Shown here piece by piece: positions 48,900 to 62,173 of a DNA stretch of 64,000 nt. The position numbers and the translations under genes were made by a program. This DNA comes from Bugula neritina (Eukaryota; Animalia; Bryozoa). Numbering within the stretch: the stretch's first letter is position 1; each line of letters begins with the position of its first letter. The notes under the pieces were generated by a model. It was not told the DNA's origin and searched no databases. It saw nothing but the letters and a program-made list of their open reading frames with translations. The DNA lies in contig OZ037772.1 in NCBI GenBank assembly GCA_964035545.1, forward strand, positions 3,003,338-3,067,337, in the 5' to 3' direction.

Positions 48900-51164
48900 T
48901 GTAGTTTTCAGAACAAAAGGATGCTTTTGTTGAGCAGAGTCTTGAGCTTGGTGACTTCACAAAATTGCTTTGATCTTAGATAAGTCACAAAAGCATTTAT
49001 TTGTAGTTAATCTAAATACTAATATAAGACAGTTATAAACTAGATCTTAGTTTTAGGTCATATATAGTATGAAATTTTACAGACATGAAGAAACAACTAA
49101 AGGAGGTGCTGGATGGGCAGAAAAAACTGATGGCTATAATCACTGATAGTCATAGTGGCAAAGACAATATAACTGAGCAGCTGGAGGAGCCGCTAAAAAC
49201 AATACAAGAGTTTGAATCTCTTGAAGAACTTCTCCAATCCTCAAGAGAAAAACGTCCTGCTCTGGTACATAGTATGCTACTATATAATATAGATTGTATA
49301 GCTAGTTTAAAGACTTTTGGTGTATAACATGCAATATATAACATCCCGGCGTAGTTGATATTAGAATACAATTTCTAGTGAACTGTAGATTTTCAAGCTA
49401 AAAAGCGTGTTTCTCTTATGGAATGTTTCTCATTGAAGTGTTAGAAAAAATATTTGCCCCACTGCAATAACACATTGAATGTATTCATGTAAATTCATGC
49501 TATGAAATATAGGTGCATTAATGTTGTAGACAAAGTTTCTTTTCCAACTGGGGGGAAAAAACTGCGAAGATATGGTGAAAAGAGCCATGAGAAGAATTGG
49601 CACTAATGGGCTGTGGAGCCAATTCAGCATGAAGGGCAAATCTCATAAACAACATAAAAAGCTGTCTCTAAAAAAAACTGCAGCTTATAAATGCATACTC
49701 AGTAAGTCATATAAATTAATCTCGTTTATTTACATCATAATTAGTTTCACTTCGCTTGTTTTTCAGAAATAATTTCAAAGGGTACAGAAGTAAAGTTATA
49801 AGCTAAATTTACTTTGATTGAAAAGATATACAGTCAGCATATTTTTTGTTTCATGTAGAAGGTTAAAGCTCACAGTTGCTAATATAAATTTGTTTTAAAA
49901 ATGTTTGGCTATTTTATCTTCTAACTTGAACATGCAATACAGTCTGTATTTTGGAAGATAATATAATATTGAAATAAAATCTGTATCAAAACTTATCAAA
50001 TCTCTGGGGCTGCATCAGCAGTTAAAATAGCTGTTGAGTTGTTGAGTTTAGAATAATTGCTCATCTAAAAATTTACTGCGTTCACTAAGTTTAACTTTCT
50101 AATTATATTTCAGAAGCTCTGCTGAAAAGTAAAAATAATAAAGAAATAGATATAGAGATTGAAGTATCGCTGTTTTTGCAGCAGTGCCCTTATCAACTGG
50201 GAGGGAATAAGTATAAAAAGACAAGTTTGCAAGATGAGGTAAAGCTATACGATTATTGCAGTTATAGGGAGACTTGAACTGCTTGAACTGACTCGTATAT
50301 AAAAATGGCTATAATTGGCTTTAAATTGGTTTACAAATATTAAACTAAAATTAATAATTTTAGGTTGTACTGCACATTCAATTTCCTACTTTATTTATGC
50401 TTCATTTTTACCATGGCGCTGAAGCTGCAGCAGGGTATATACTATTTTTCGATAAAATGTAAATAAGTAATCTTTCGAAATTAGTCTAGCTATAGCACCA
50501 GAAATGTAATCAATAATGAATATTAACATTTCCTAGTGAAAAAATATCTTCAAAGTGTTTTTTAGCCCCAAATGTAAATTAAAATTAATTAATAATCAGT
50601 GGTTTTACGTGAATGCTTATATTGAACACTTTTTCTTTCATAGATTGATTCCCTTTCATCTTAAGAAGATGAGGACAGCTGAACCAATGACTTTTTTATA
50701 TCATTTTATTATTAAATTAGAAGAGTTCAAGGCTTCTAATGAAGAGCTAAATTTGAGATTTACTTATATTTTGTACATATGAAAATAATTTGATTAACTA
50801 GTTAATAGAACATACAATTAGTACTGACAGGCTTGATTTTATTGTAAATTATATCTCATGTGAGTTTGCAAAAAAAAGATACTTTTGCAGTTTTTGTTCT
50901 GTTGTTTTTCATTTTTCTTAACAAAATAAAATAGCCATTACAGAGATCAGTGTAGGATCGCCAACCTTTCACCAATGTTGTATGAAAACCATTTATGCAA
51001 TGTTATGCAACACAACGTTTATGGAACGTTGGTGAAACTTTTTGAGATAAACGTTTGTTTTAAACGTTGTATATAGTACAGAAAAATGTGTCGACATTTA
51101 AACATTTATTAAACATTTTGCCCAACGTTTATACAACGTCTTATCAATGCAAATTGTTAGTGGG
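48900..51164 (+). mobile_element. Right end of an EnSpm/CACTA-like DNA transposon
   Basis: Cluster of AACGTT/AACATT subterminal repeats at 51010-51140 ending TTGTTAGTGGG (reverse complement CCCACTAACAA, like the CCC[AG] termini of animal EnSpm), downstream of the DUF4806-like ORF. Left terminus not found, so the start is approximate. Confidence 0.6.
49083..50238 (+). CDS. DUF4806-like (transposon-associated, BEN-like) protein, 3' three exons, in frame
   Basis: Exons 49083-49264, 49530-49701 and 50114-50238 splice in phase without stops: ..LEEPLKTIQEFESLEELL...|TKFLFQLGGKNCEDMVKRAMRRIGTNGLWSQFSMKGK...KKLSLKKT..YKCILK|ALL...EIEVSLFLQQCP. The 5' end was not found. Confidence 0.7.
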
Positions 51165-51165
51165 G

Positions 51166-51359
51166 TGATTGCTAAAGAACTATGAGGATATTTTGATGGC
51201 TCTATAACTGAACCTGAAGAATCAGCTAGTGCTATACTAGACTGACTATACAAAGATATCAAGCAAGGCTATGTCAATTATTGTACTAGCGATAATTTGC
51301 TATATCTCATAACCAGCTGCACAGAACCAAAGCAAGCATGGGGCACTTTACAAAAAAAC
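51166..51359 (+). mobile_element. Ty1/Copia gag N-terminal fragment
   Basis: IAKEL*GYFDGSITEP...KAMSIIVLAI..LLYLITSCTEPKQAWGTLQK matches the Copia gag pattern LW..VDG...KA...I.L....L......AW..L. Confidence 0.7.
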
Positions 51360-53346
51360 TAGTTGTCATTGCCCTTATGTAGCCCTTTGTGTATCTCTTT
51401 AAGGTTGGAACCTGTTATCAACTTTATAATGAAAACCATTACCTCTAAAATTACTTAATTTGTCAGCTGCTCGAGTTCTCCACAAACTTTTAGTAGTTAT
51501 TTAAGTTGTTTAGCCTTGGCCCAGGCCAAGAAAGGCAATAGTCTCTTAGTTGAGTCTAACCTTTTGCCATTAATTTCAAATCACAAACTTACTTTAGGTG
51601 TTTATACGCACATAAAATATTCAAGCATTTAATGAGACAAGGTGGTAAAAAGCTTAAACTTCTCTTGCTGAAGCAGAAAATTTTATTTGTCAAGTTTCCT
51701 GTGTAATAGGTTAGCTACTTGATTAAAACTACATGTCTTACAGTTGCTAGCTTTTGCTAATTCTAAACTGTCACTAATTGTGTCTTCTTCAATATATGAA
51801 AGAAAAATGTAAGTAGCCGCAAAAAATTTATAGGCAAATTTAGGACAGCCATTATTTGTTTTAATTTGTCGTAGTTCCTGGCCTAATGTATTGGGGTATG
51901 AGGTTATTAAAAGATTTTATTCTTTGAATTTTTACTTTTAAATTCTTACTTTGTCTGTCAATTATTAGTAAGGATAAGAGCAAATTCACAGCTTAGCTAT
52001 TATACTAATTATAACCAAATAGCTACAATGTCCACATTCATGTCTACTTTTTAGTTGAATTGTTTAGAGGCGTTATTATAGCTGCAAATATTTAGCCATT
52101 CTACAGTTAACTGGTGTATTTGCTCCAACTGTGTTTACATGAGACATACTCAGGGTTCCCCCAGTTTCTATTAATTGCATGCAACAAAATATTCCCAGCA
52201 AAGCGCTTGCTTATTTTATGAAAGTTACTATACATACTATTTATAAAAAGTATGATTTTCATTTTCTAATGCTTTTAAATATAGCAGTTCAAGTAGAATA
52301 TATTGTTTGGAGTTTATATGGAGGGGAGTTGCCAATTGGAATTAACCTAAATTGTTTCTCTTAGAGACAGACGACAACTCCCCTCCATATAAACTCCAAA
52401 CAATATATTCTACTTGAACTGCTATATTTAAAAGCATTAGAAAATGAAAATCATACTTTTTATAAATAGTATGTATAGTAACTTTCATAAAATAAGCAAG
52501 CGCTTTGCTGGGAATATTTTGTTGCATGCAATTAATAGAAACTGGGGGAACCCTGAGTATGTCTCATGTAAACACAGTTGGAGCAAATACACCAGTTAAC
52601 TGTAGAATGGCTAAATATTTGCAGCTATAATAACGCCTCTAAACAATTCAACTAAAAAGTAGACATGAATGTGGACATTGTAGCTATTTGGTTATAATTA
52701 GTATAATAGCTAAGCTGTGAATTTGCTCTTATCCTTACTAATAATTGACAGACAAAGTAAGAATTTAAAAGTAAAAATTCAAAGAATAAAATCTTTTAAT
52801 AACCTCATACCCCAATACATTAGGCCAGGAACTACGACAAATTAAAACAAATAATGGCTGTCCTAAATTTGCCTATAAATTTTTTGCGGCTACTTACATT
52901 TTTCTTTCATATATTGAAGAAGACACAATTAGTGACAGTTTAGAATTAGCAAAAGCTAGCAACTGTAAGACATGTAGTTTTAATCAAGTAGCTAACCTAT
53001 TACACAGGAAACTTGACAAATAAAATTTTCTGCTTCAGCAAGAGAAGTTTAAGCTTTTTACCACCTTGTCTCATTAAATGCTTGAATATTTTATGTGCGT
53101 ATAAACACCTAAAGTAAGTTTGTGATTTGAAATTAATGGCAAAAGGTTAGACTCAACTAAGAGACTATTGCCTTTCTTGGCCTGGGCCAAGGCTAAACAA
53201 CTTAAATAACTACTAAAAGTTTGTGGAGAACTCGAGCAGCTGACAAATTAAGTAATTTTAGAGGTAATGGTTTTCATTATAAAGTTGATAACAGGTTCCA
53301 ACCTTAAAGAGATACACAAAGGGCTACATAAGGGCAATGACAACTA
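51360..53346. repeat. Long inverted repeat: 972-bp arms (51360-52331 and 52375-53346), 43-bp spacer
   Basis: Arms appear identical by eye; both arm ends give the same coordinate sum (104706), so there is no net indel; mirror ORFs at 52179+ and 52527-. Confidence 0.97.
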
Positions 53347-56139
53347 CAATAAGTATAACATAGGACATGAAGTTTGAAGCAATTCTGATGGCAATTCCCC
53401 AAGAATCAATATTATACTAAACAAATGTAAACTTTGAACACATCTCTTTAACTTGCTGAAACTGCATACCAGCAAGAAATCTTTTAACGAAGATAAATTG
53501 CATTTTGTAAAACTGTTCACTGTTACCGTGCAACTGTGACTGTGTTATATTGAGTACTGGGGGTTTTCAACTACTAAGTACCTAATATAACACAGGGTAT
53601 GCATACAATTAGAATATTCTACATGTGTATAACTATAACGCGTTGGTAGTTGGTATCACACTTACCGGTATTATTCTTCTCTTCAGTCACATCTGCTTAC
53701 GACGGACTCTAGTGTACAAGAGATCTGGAATCCTGTACCAAAGCTGCCACGTTTAGACAGAAGGTTTTCTCACTGCTTACTTCTTGTAGCCAGAGCTCCG
53801 TCACTCAACATAAAAGGTAAGGGTACGAAAGTGATAAGTATCTTATAGCTAAAGAGCAAAGTGCTATAATCCTTAGGCTAGAAGTCCTGTTGCGAAACAT
53901 CATATATGTGGAAGTATACTTTTAGGGCTAATGTTGTACCATCTCCAATAATTAGTTGTATGTCCTGTATCATGGTGTATAACCTTGTAAGTGTGTCTAT
54001 TTAATGTTACTGCTATTCTATATAGTAGGCATACACTATGTATGGAAGAAAAGATATATTATAAATGGGGAAAAGATAGAATACATGGAAGTATTCAATA
54101 CAAAACAATATTAAGCTCTAACTAAGGTTGCAGGGAAGCAGGATGCTATATCTGTAGTATATTATATTGTAGTGGTATAGCATACAAAATGTCAAGTATG
54201 AAATAATACTTGAATACATCTATAGCAACTGAATAAGGAAACATAGAGCAAGCCATTTTTTGTAAAACTAATCATCGATTAAGTACAGAATAAGTCATGA
54301 AAAGTTGTATAATTTTGTATTTTATACCGAAAAAAGTTTTCTTTAGTTAAATTATTATTTTAGTTGTTGAAAGAACAACTGTTATATTGACTCTAATAGT
54401 TTCACTTGAAGCTTTCCTGCAGTGTAGCAGTGCTTGTTCTATTCATTCAGTCAGTTACTTAACTGTTATTTAAAGTCAGTCAACAACTAAAGTTACTAGT
54501 CTGTAGGCTGTTCTATTTACTCTAGGGCCTAGGCTTTAAAAATGAAGAACTTCATTCTCTACCATCTAACACTTGTAACCTATTGATAGTCCAGGGTGCT
54601 TTGCTTGCCATACTCTGGCTTACAGACAGAGGATTAAAATTGCTTTTTATTACTGGGTACCTGTTATATTTTGCTCTTACAAGATAAATAAGTTTTAAAA
54701 TATGCTAAAAGTATAAAAAGTATAAAAACATTTTTAATGGTAGCACCATACATTGTTGTCCAGTTTGTATCTCTATCCTAATATTTTGCGTTATTATTAT
54801 TGTTATCAATTTGTGAAAAGAGGTACTGAAAAAGCTTTTTATGAAACTTTGAAACATTTACCCCATACACAACTTACTGGATTGCTCTGTATCACCGTAG
54901 GCTGGCGGTAAAGTTAGCCAAAATTGCTTATTTTGAAGTCTAGCTTTTGTGAAAATTGGCAAGCTTTAGTTAATAACCTGTAATTATATAGCCAAGTTGT
55001 TTAATTAAGATTTAAAGTAGCATTGTGTTACACACAATAGTTTCGGAAAACAATTGAAAGAAAAGTTCAATAATATATTATTAGAATACCAGGAAAGTCT
55101 TGCTGATGTTTATAAAGCATGCATTAAACGGACTGTATTTCAATGGAAGATGTCTTACACATTGTAGAGGAAAAGTTGTCTACTTGCCTTAGTTTACAAG
55201 GCTATAGCATAAACAAAAAACAAAAAAATTAGGAAGAAATTTGGTGCTTGTCACAAATATTATGTTAATTTGTCTCTCTAGCATTAGGACAAAAAGAGAG
55301 ATAAACCAGTTGCTCATATTGTGAGATTGTGCATAACCTGCTATATACTAGCTTACAAATTGTTGAGTGCCAATATTTAAATTATCAATAAATTTATGCT
55401 AGGTAAGGCCAGTAAGAAAATTTAGTTTACCAGTAGTAACTTATATATTTTGACTGCTAGAAAGTTTAACTGCATTAACAAATAAGCCTCCTTATGCTGT
55501 GTAAGATTAAATAAAAAGTACATAAAAGCAGTAACAAAGACAAGTTCTGAAACGTCTGCTCTTGCAAACAAAATGCCTAATTGCTAAGTGTTGGAAGCAG
55601 TTTCGAAGAAGCGCGTATATTAATTGTTAACATTCAACCTATAAGTTACTGCTAAAAATTGAAAAAAAATTCAAGGCACATTCAGAAGCTTGCTAATATA
55701 TTTCTTTTAAAGCTGCAATTGAAGAGTAATTTGTAGTGTAACGGCTGGATTTCTAGCCCACAAAAAGTTTCAATAGCTTATAAAAGGGTAGACAACAGAT
55801 GTGCCTCACCCGCCTGCCACAGACGTGTGTCACTTGCAGTAAATGGTAAATAGTATTATAATGAGTGTTAATGAGAGATGAGCTCCATTACATATGAATG
55901 TTATTAATTACATTTAATTTGGTTCTCACAAGGGATAAATAGAAGTTATAAAATCTTACTCATGGGGTCCAACTATGTGGAGCAATTTTAACATTGGCTA
56001 ATCTTCTTTGTTCTCAGCAGTGATTACTAGTGGATACAATACTGCATTGAATTATTCTGAACTTGTTTAAATAAATACTTGGTATAGTAGAAAAATTATA
56101 AATTTTGTTTTAGGATTTAAACTTTGAAATATAATAGAT

Positions 56140-56300
56140 ATGCAATTACAAAGTAATTCTAAAACCCGATTCCATTTCTAGATGTGTAATATATGTTCTA
56201 CAATTACAGTTTTATACATATGTAACAAACTACATTCAATTACTTGAAAAAAAAATTAATTGATCACAACTAATTACAAATTACAATTTCTCAAACCCTG
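56140..56300 (-). mobile_element. Diverged terminal fragment of the same hAT-MITE family as 3864-4403
   Basis: AATTAC repeats ending ...TCAAACCCTG; resembles the reverse complement of the left end of the 3864 element. Confidence 0.55.
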
Positions 56301-56997
56301 GTGGTAATGGTTAATAACTGGCAGACTCAAATATCCTGTGTGCAACAGTTTTTAGGGTTGGGTATTTAAAAATATTTTCTATTTGTTTTTTCATATTTCT
56401 AATTTGTGTCCCTCATATGTGAGGGCTGAGAGTATGAAAGCTGTTGAAGGTGAATGGAATATTCTTAGCCTTCTGAACTGAATTATCCTGCATGTACTGC
56501 ACAATTTGTCAGATAATTTCCCAGAGTACACAGGTATAACTGCTTGATTATCTCCCCACTTTGTCACTCAAACTGCCTTCAGAGCTCATCAGCACTTGCC
56601 TATTATACTAGCAGATTTGTCTAAATATGAATTTTAGCCCAAGTAGAATTAGCTAGCAAAACAGGTATGTAAATGTTGTATACAAGGGCTTTAGATGTTT
56701 TGAGTATTGGTTTGTCTATAAGTTATTTTCAAGTTTACGAAAAAAGATTCTAGTAAGTTAGCTGCTTGGTGACTTTCTCTCTAAGAATCAATAAGAATAT
56801 TTTGGTCATGAATCATTCATTTTATATCTCAGTTTTTTTTTATCTCAGAAATAAAGATTAAATCGGCTCTCTATAGTTAACATGGTAGTTTATTTAGTGG
56901 TAAATGAGCATCAGACTCTACTTATGCACCATAATTGGTCACAAGTCTTGAGAAGGTGAAGTGAAAACTTCATATAAACTACTATCTGTAGTAAGAC

Positions 56998-57155
56998 AAA
57001 ACTACTGCTACTGTTGCAGGCACACTCAGCTCTCATGTGCCTTACAGACGTCTTAAACATAAGACAGTGTATGATGCTGAGGGAGACAACTCTCGATTCT
57101 ATCCATCTATTCCTCACTATCTCTCACACGCTGCTCAGCACAAGGTCGCACAGGT
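56998..57155 (+). other. Exon-like fragment of an unidentified gene; the first about 65 bp are duplicated at 62346-62411
   Basis: AAAACTACTGCTACTGTTGCAG|..CACACTCAGCTCTCATGTGCC..ACAGACGTCT..ACATAAG is shared; one frame reads TLSSHVPYRRLKHKTVYDAEGDNSRFYPSIPHYLSHAAQHK. Confidence 0.45.
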
Positions 57156-57729
57156 GTGAGCCATCACTTCCAGTGCCAACTTAACATATCCTTTTCATTC
57201 CTCAGCCAATCAGATCAGCTCAAGTGATGCACCAATAATATATCACATTGTTGACTTGAGAAAGCAGGTGCTACAGCAGGAGCCCTGCACCATCACTGGG
57301 CAATCTGTCATGAGCTCACGGTTTTCTCTTGCACTGCTATGTATAAAGTAACAGTATTCTTTTATACAATATTAAGCTGTTAGTTCAGCATATAACTTGT
57401 CTCTATGGTTTTATATTATAGTTTATAAGACCATGCCTCTCATGTATGTTTTCAACATGGAGATAATTTGGCATGTAGTAATAAGCTCGTGACTTTTCTG
57501 GCATCACCAGGAATGCTGACAGGTTTTGATATATTATATTATTAATCCATTTATTGCAAGACATAATAACCTGTACACCTTTTGTTTTGAGTATATTATT
57601 ACAAGAACAAGTTGTGTTTTTGAATGCACTTTATTTGACTTATTTATAAATTCAACAATTAATACCAAGGTGCCATGTTAATGATGTTGAGTTTCCTTGT
57701 AAGTCTTCTTGTCGGTAAATAAAAATAAT

Positions 57730-57864
<135 letters not shown>

Positions 57865-58172
57865 CTATATAGTTATAAACATGCACGTACATAAAGAAAA
57901 TAACATTCATGCGACTAGTAGTAAATACTGTTTAGTATGAGCTTTTACTAATTTTGCTATGGCATGTAGCTGCATTATAATAAATAGCGAGTGAGTATAC
58001 ACTACTAAATGGATTGGTGCAGAACCTAAAGCACTTTATAGTCGTTTATGCAGAATCTTTCTTTCAGTTTAATATATGAAAGTTATAAAAATTATTTTAG
58101 AGAGAACATACACTAACTGAAAGCCAATTTGTTTTCAATAAAGTATATCATAGACCTGCATATTTTGTTCAG

Positions 58173-58547
58173 GAAAGAAGAGAGAGCCACAAAGGAAGAG
58201 CCACGCCTACCATGTCTAATGAAAACAGACCTGTCATACTAAGTAGCTACAGACCTGCTATACCAGATAAAAACAAACCTGTCATATTGCACAAAACTGA
58301 ACCTGTAGTACTGAGCAAAGAGCAACCAATCAAATATTCCAAGCAAAGAGGAAACAATTCAGCATTGTGGAAAAACCTCTCCAGGCAGGATCAGCAAACT
58401 CCGACAGCTGAGCAAAGTTTTAGTTACAGAAAAGGAAGAATTGCCAAGTATTGTGATGATTCAGTGAGGAAAACAGCATGCTTACCTTGTTCTGGTAACC
58501 ACTACACAACTGTGAAGAGAAAGGGCTGGAAAGCTACACAGCTTTGA
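58173..58547 (+). CDS. Putative terminal exon of an unknown protein with 8-aa imperfect repeats
   Basis: Acceptor TTTTGTTCAG at 58172, open in phase 0 to TGA; repeats RPVILSSY/RPAIPDKN/KPVILHKT/EPVVLSKE/QPI. Confidence 0.4.
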   Translation, partial: ERRESHKGRATPTMSNENRPVILSSYRPAIPDKNKPVILHKTEPVVLSKEQPIKYSKQRGNNSALWKNLSRQDQQTPTAEQSFSYRKGRIAKYCDDSVRKTACLPCSGNHYTTVKRKGWKATQL

Positions 58548-59255
58548 GAGATTTGTCATACAGACAGCTGTTCTATAGGAAGTGTTACATAAGAGTTGTG
58601 ACTATTGTCTATTATAGACAGGGTTGTAAGGATGTGGACACAGTTTTAGGATTTATTATTTTAGGAATCCAATACTTTAGTTATGTTATGATAGCATTAA
58701 CTTAGCAGAAGCTTTGGTGGAATTTGATATAATGCTTAATTACTACTCAGAGCAGGATAGTTTAGTATTTTTTTAAAAAGAACATAATATTATATTTGTA
58801 TTTTCTTATAAATAGATGTTTATTATACATGCCGATCATAAAAGTCAATTCATTATATGGTATACTAAAATTACATCTGTAAATAAACATGTGCATGCTG
58901 CAGCTGAAAAATAAAAATAAAATGAGAAGGAAACAAAACGTATTCAACTAGATGAGTCATCAAATGACATTGCTGTATAAAATGACGGATTAGGAAAGAG
59001 AAAGCCTGTCGAAACAAAGCAACACTGAACTACAATATGGCTAACAAATACTAGGTCAACAGAAATAATATCAAAATCAATGAATAAAATACCAAGAGGT
59101 GTAAAATGTCAATATAAGTACACATAGAAGAAATAGGTGATATACAGAATAAAAAGCAACAGTAATATTGTTAAAGCTTTTCAATTTCACACAAATATAA
59201 AATCTTTACAAGGCATTATTGTATATATAACTATTTGTATTAGAAGAGAGAAACA

Positions 59256-59575
59256 ATATAATTTAGTATGCTCACATGGAACTATAGAAGGAAATGTCAG
59301 CTAAAAGAGGAAGGAAATGGAGGTCAAGGCCAGCAAAACAATGTCAAGGTCAACTGGAAAAAAAGTAGTTTAGGTCACGACTTTTCATTCTCAAACATGG
59401 CGGCTAGTTTGAGCACACTTTTGGACTAGAAGAGGAAGGAGGCGAGGAGACCACAGAGCTCTCTGGGGAGGGAGGTAAAACACACTTTAGCTACAAAGCA
59501 AGAGTTGAAAAGAGAACTAATTGGAAAAAGTTGAAATTTTACTCAATTTGATCAAAAATGAACAGATATTAATAA
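59256..59575 (+). repeat. Second copy of the 48558-48877 module
   Basis: Direct sequence comparison. Confidence 0.85.
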
Positions 59576-59801
59576 AAAAATTCTACAGATTCTAACGCTG
59601 ATAAGCCAGGAAAACTATAGCATATTATAATTATATTATCACCTCCATTATATAATAATTATATTACATAATATATTATACTGTTTATATGCCATATTAC
59701 CATTATATTATATTATAATCATGCTATATTATAAATATGGTATATTATTATATTATACTATCAATGTACATGACTTGCACCAAGTAGATGCCAATTGTTA
59801 C

Positions 59802-62173
59802 CTTTTCTGTGTTGGCAACTTGGGGCAGAACTCTTTTGGGTCGAATGTCTGAAATAGATGGGGAAGAGATGATTCACCGCCCCTAGCAGAGGCGTGATGT
59901 CAGGAGAAAAATCCGAGGCTAAGTTACGACAACTTCTCATGGTGTTGGCGGCTTTGAGAAAGATAGCTCTGTCGTACTCCTTGCCTGAAGACAGGAAACG
60001 GGTCATTGTACTTCCATAAAGGAAATGTACATGAACTGTATCAGAAGCTCAAACTAACGTCTGTTAATAGTATTGGAAGATATAACAATCCTAATGAGAA
60101 TTAAAGGCTCTATTATTAGTAATCATCAGATATTTGAATTTGAATTGTGGGAGGCTAACGCACTCACCCTGAGTAAACATCAGTTTGAACAGAGCACTGA
60201 GGTTATCTCCAATACTGTTGAGACTAGCTATAGCCTGGGAGCACATATCATATTGCAGCCACGGGTCTATGTCGGTAGGTTTCATACCTTCCAACTGTAA
60301 AGAGACGAAAGAGCGAATAAAAATGAATAACTAAACAGAGAATACATTCACTAACAGGTGGTTGTCAGGTGGGTGATATTCACTACTGCTTCCCTCTGAT
60401 CGCGTCATGTAACAGTCAAACATGACATCACATGTCGACTCACTCTGCACTGCGGGTGGCTGTGACAAACAGTGCTCCATACTCAGACCACCCACAGTCC
60501 AAGCACCTGGAGCACTGCCCACACATGGCAACAAGTGACAAGAAAAAGTGCTTGGGATAACTAGCAATACAAAGATAATTAACAGTCAGAGTATGAAGTT
60601 GGTACTCACCAGTTTGAAGGTGTTCCCAATACCATCTCTATAACTGGTTAGAAAGGATTGCACTTGGTTGAGTACTCTGTTAACAGCACCATAAATATCC
60701 TCTTTAGCGTGGCAGTTGCCGGCACCTGCACAACATGGAATAATTACCACCTGCTATCCGTTGACATCTATGAGACTATAGTTGCTAGTGACATCAAATG
60801 ACAGGTACTTGGTTAGCAAATTTATACAAAGATGAGAGTTCTACTGTCACTTGATCAAAGCTTCCGACACTCATCCCCAGTGTGACTCATAAATTATATA
60901 TGACTTAGGCTAGCAGGTGAGCATGAGCTCATATTATAAGCTATGTAGCTCAAAACTATGCAAGCATCCTACCATAAAGAGACACCACTACACCGCACCA
61001 TGGGTATGAGAGTATTCATAAGAACTAAAGCTACACTCAAGCCCCACCAACATGATAGAATATGTCACAGACACTTACTATTGCACATATAGTCTATGGA
61101 TGAGAAGGTTGCAGTCAGCTTCTCTGTAGATGTATGGATACATTGAGCAAGGGCACCTTGGGCACATGCCATGCGCACATCTGTTGACAGCTGTCAAGTA
61201 CATGACAGTACATATTGATGCACTGCCTTATCTATGTTACTCAGCAGTGCCTGCCAACAAATATGGAAATATTACTCAGGAAATGAGCAGAATTATTTTT
61301 ATTTCAGAGATTTTTACATATTCTTACATTAACAAAGGCATAAATTTTGAACATCTACATAAAATATTGGAGATATGTTAACTTTTTCGGCAACATCTGT
61401 AAGTTGAAAAATAAAAAACAAGTTTCTGCCCAACATAAAATGTCAACCATTGGAGAATCTTCTGGCCCTATAAGTTTGTATCATGAGGGTATATTTAATA
61501 CGATGTTACGTGATTATATGGAGTTGTCATCACAATACAGAATAGTGATAGTTTTGAGCAACAAGTCTTATATTATTATATGAACTTATTGAGAAATAGC
61601 ATCTTGGGAACATAGGCTTTACATTACTACATTACAATACATACACATGTATAACAGAAGTTGAACAAAATATTTTTATATTCCTATCCTAAGAATTTCA
61701 AAATTTTTGAAGTCAGTTGGGTGCTACCTTTTATATGTACACTGTTCAGTGGAATGCTATTCTAAACAAAGAAAGTGTTATTTAAACTCATTAATTTTAG
61801 TTGCTAAGAGAGCTAAAGTTGCAGATAGTTCTTTTCCTTTCAGATAAAACGTGTTACATATGCATATGAATATGTTCAACTGATGATAGCAATTAAAATA
61901 CAAATACCTTGCAACATAAAATAACACAACACCTGCAAAATACTGCTTACAATCGAATTTGCAGTTCTAACTGCAATATTGAGTCTACCCTGTGGCCCCT
62001 GTAGTGTAATGGTAGCACGCCAGCGGGTGGAAAAGTTTTTAATTAGGTTTTGGGTTTGAAAAGAAATTAGGACTCACCTGCTGACGCTGCCTTGTAGCTC
62101 TCCAGAATGCTGCCAGCAGAGATTCTACACAACTCACACTGCTGCAGTATGCAGTCAAACACCTTCCTGCTCC
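59802..62173 (-). pseudogene. Multi-exon fragment of a large helical protein (tentatively focadhesin-like), with stops
   Basis: Exons about 62173-62078, 61250-61079 (ALLSNIDKAVHQYVLSCT*QLSTDVRMACAQGALAQCIHTSTEKL), 60724-60610 (GNCHAKEDIYGAVNRVLNQVQSFL...GNTFKL), 60560-60443, 60293-60168 and 60035-59802. The last two join in phase (..MFTQ|VHVHFLYGSTMTRF). The exon structure is clear; the identity rests on weak collinear resemblance only. Confidence 0.55.
61995..62030 (+). pseudogene. 5' third of a tRNA-like sequence (tRNA pseudogene or SINE head)
   Basis: GCCCCTG-TA-GTGT-AATGGTA-GCAC: acceptor 5' strand, A-box TAGTGTAATGG and D-arm. No B-box/T-arm or 3' acceptor strand follows. Confidence 0.65.

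Noticed and set aside
52179-52527. Pair of identical-start ORFs on opposite strands (toxin-antitoxin-like arrangement)
   Set aside because: A trivial consequence of the palindrome; no coding signature.
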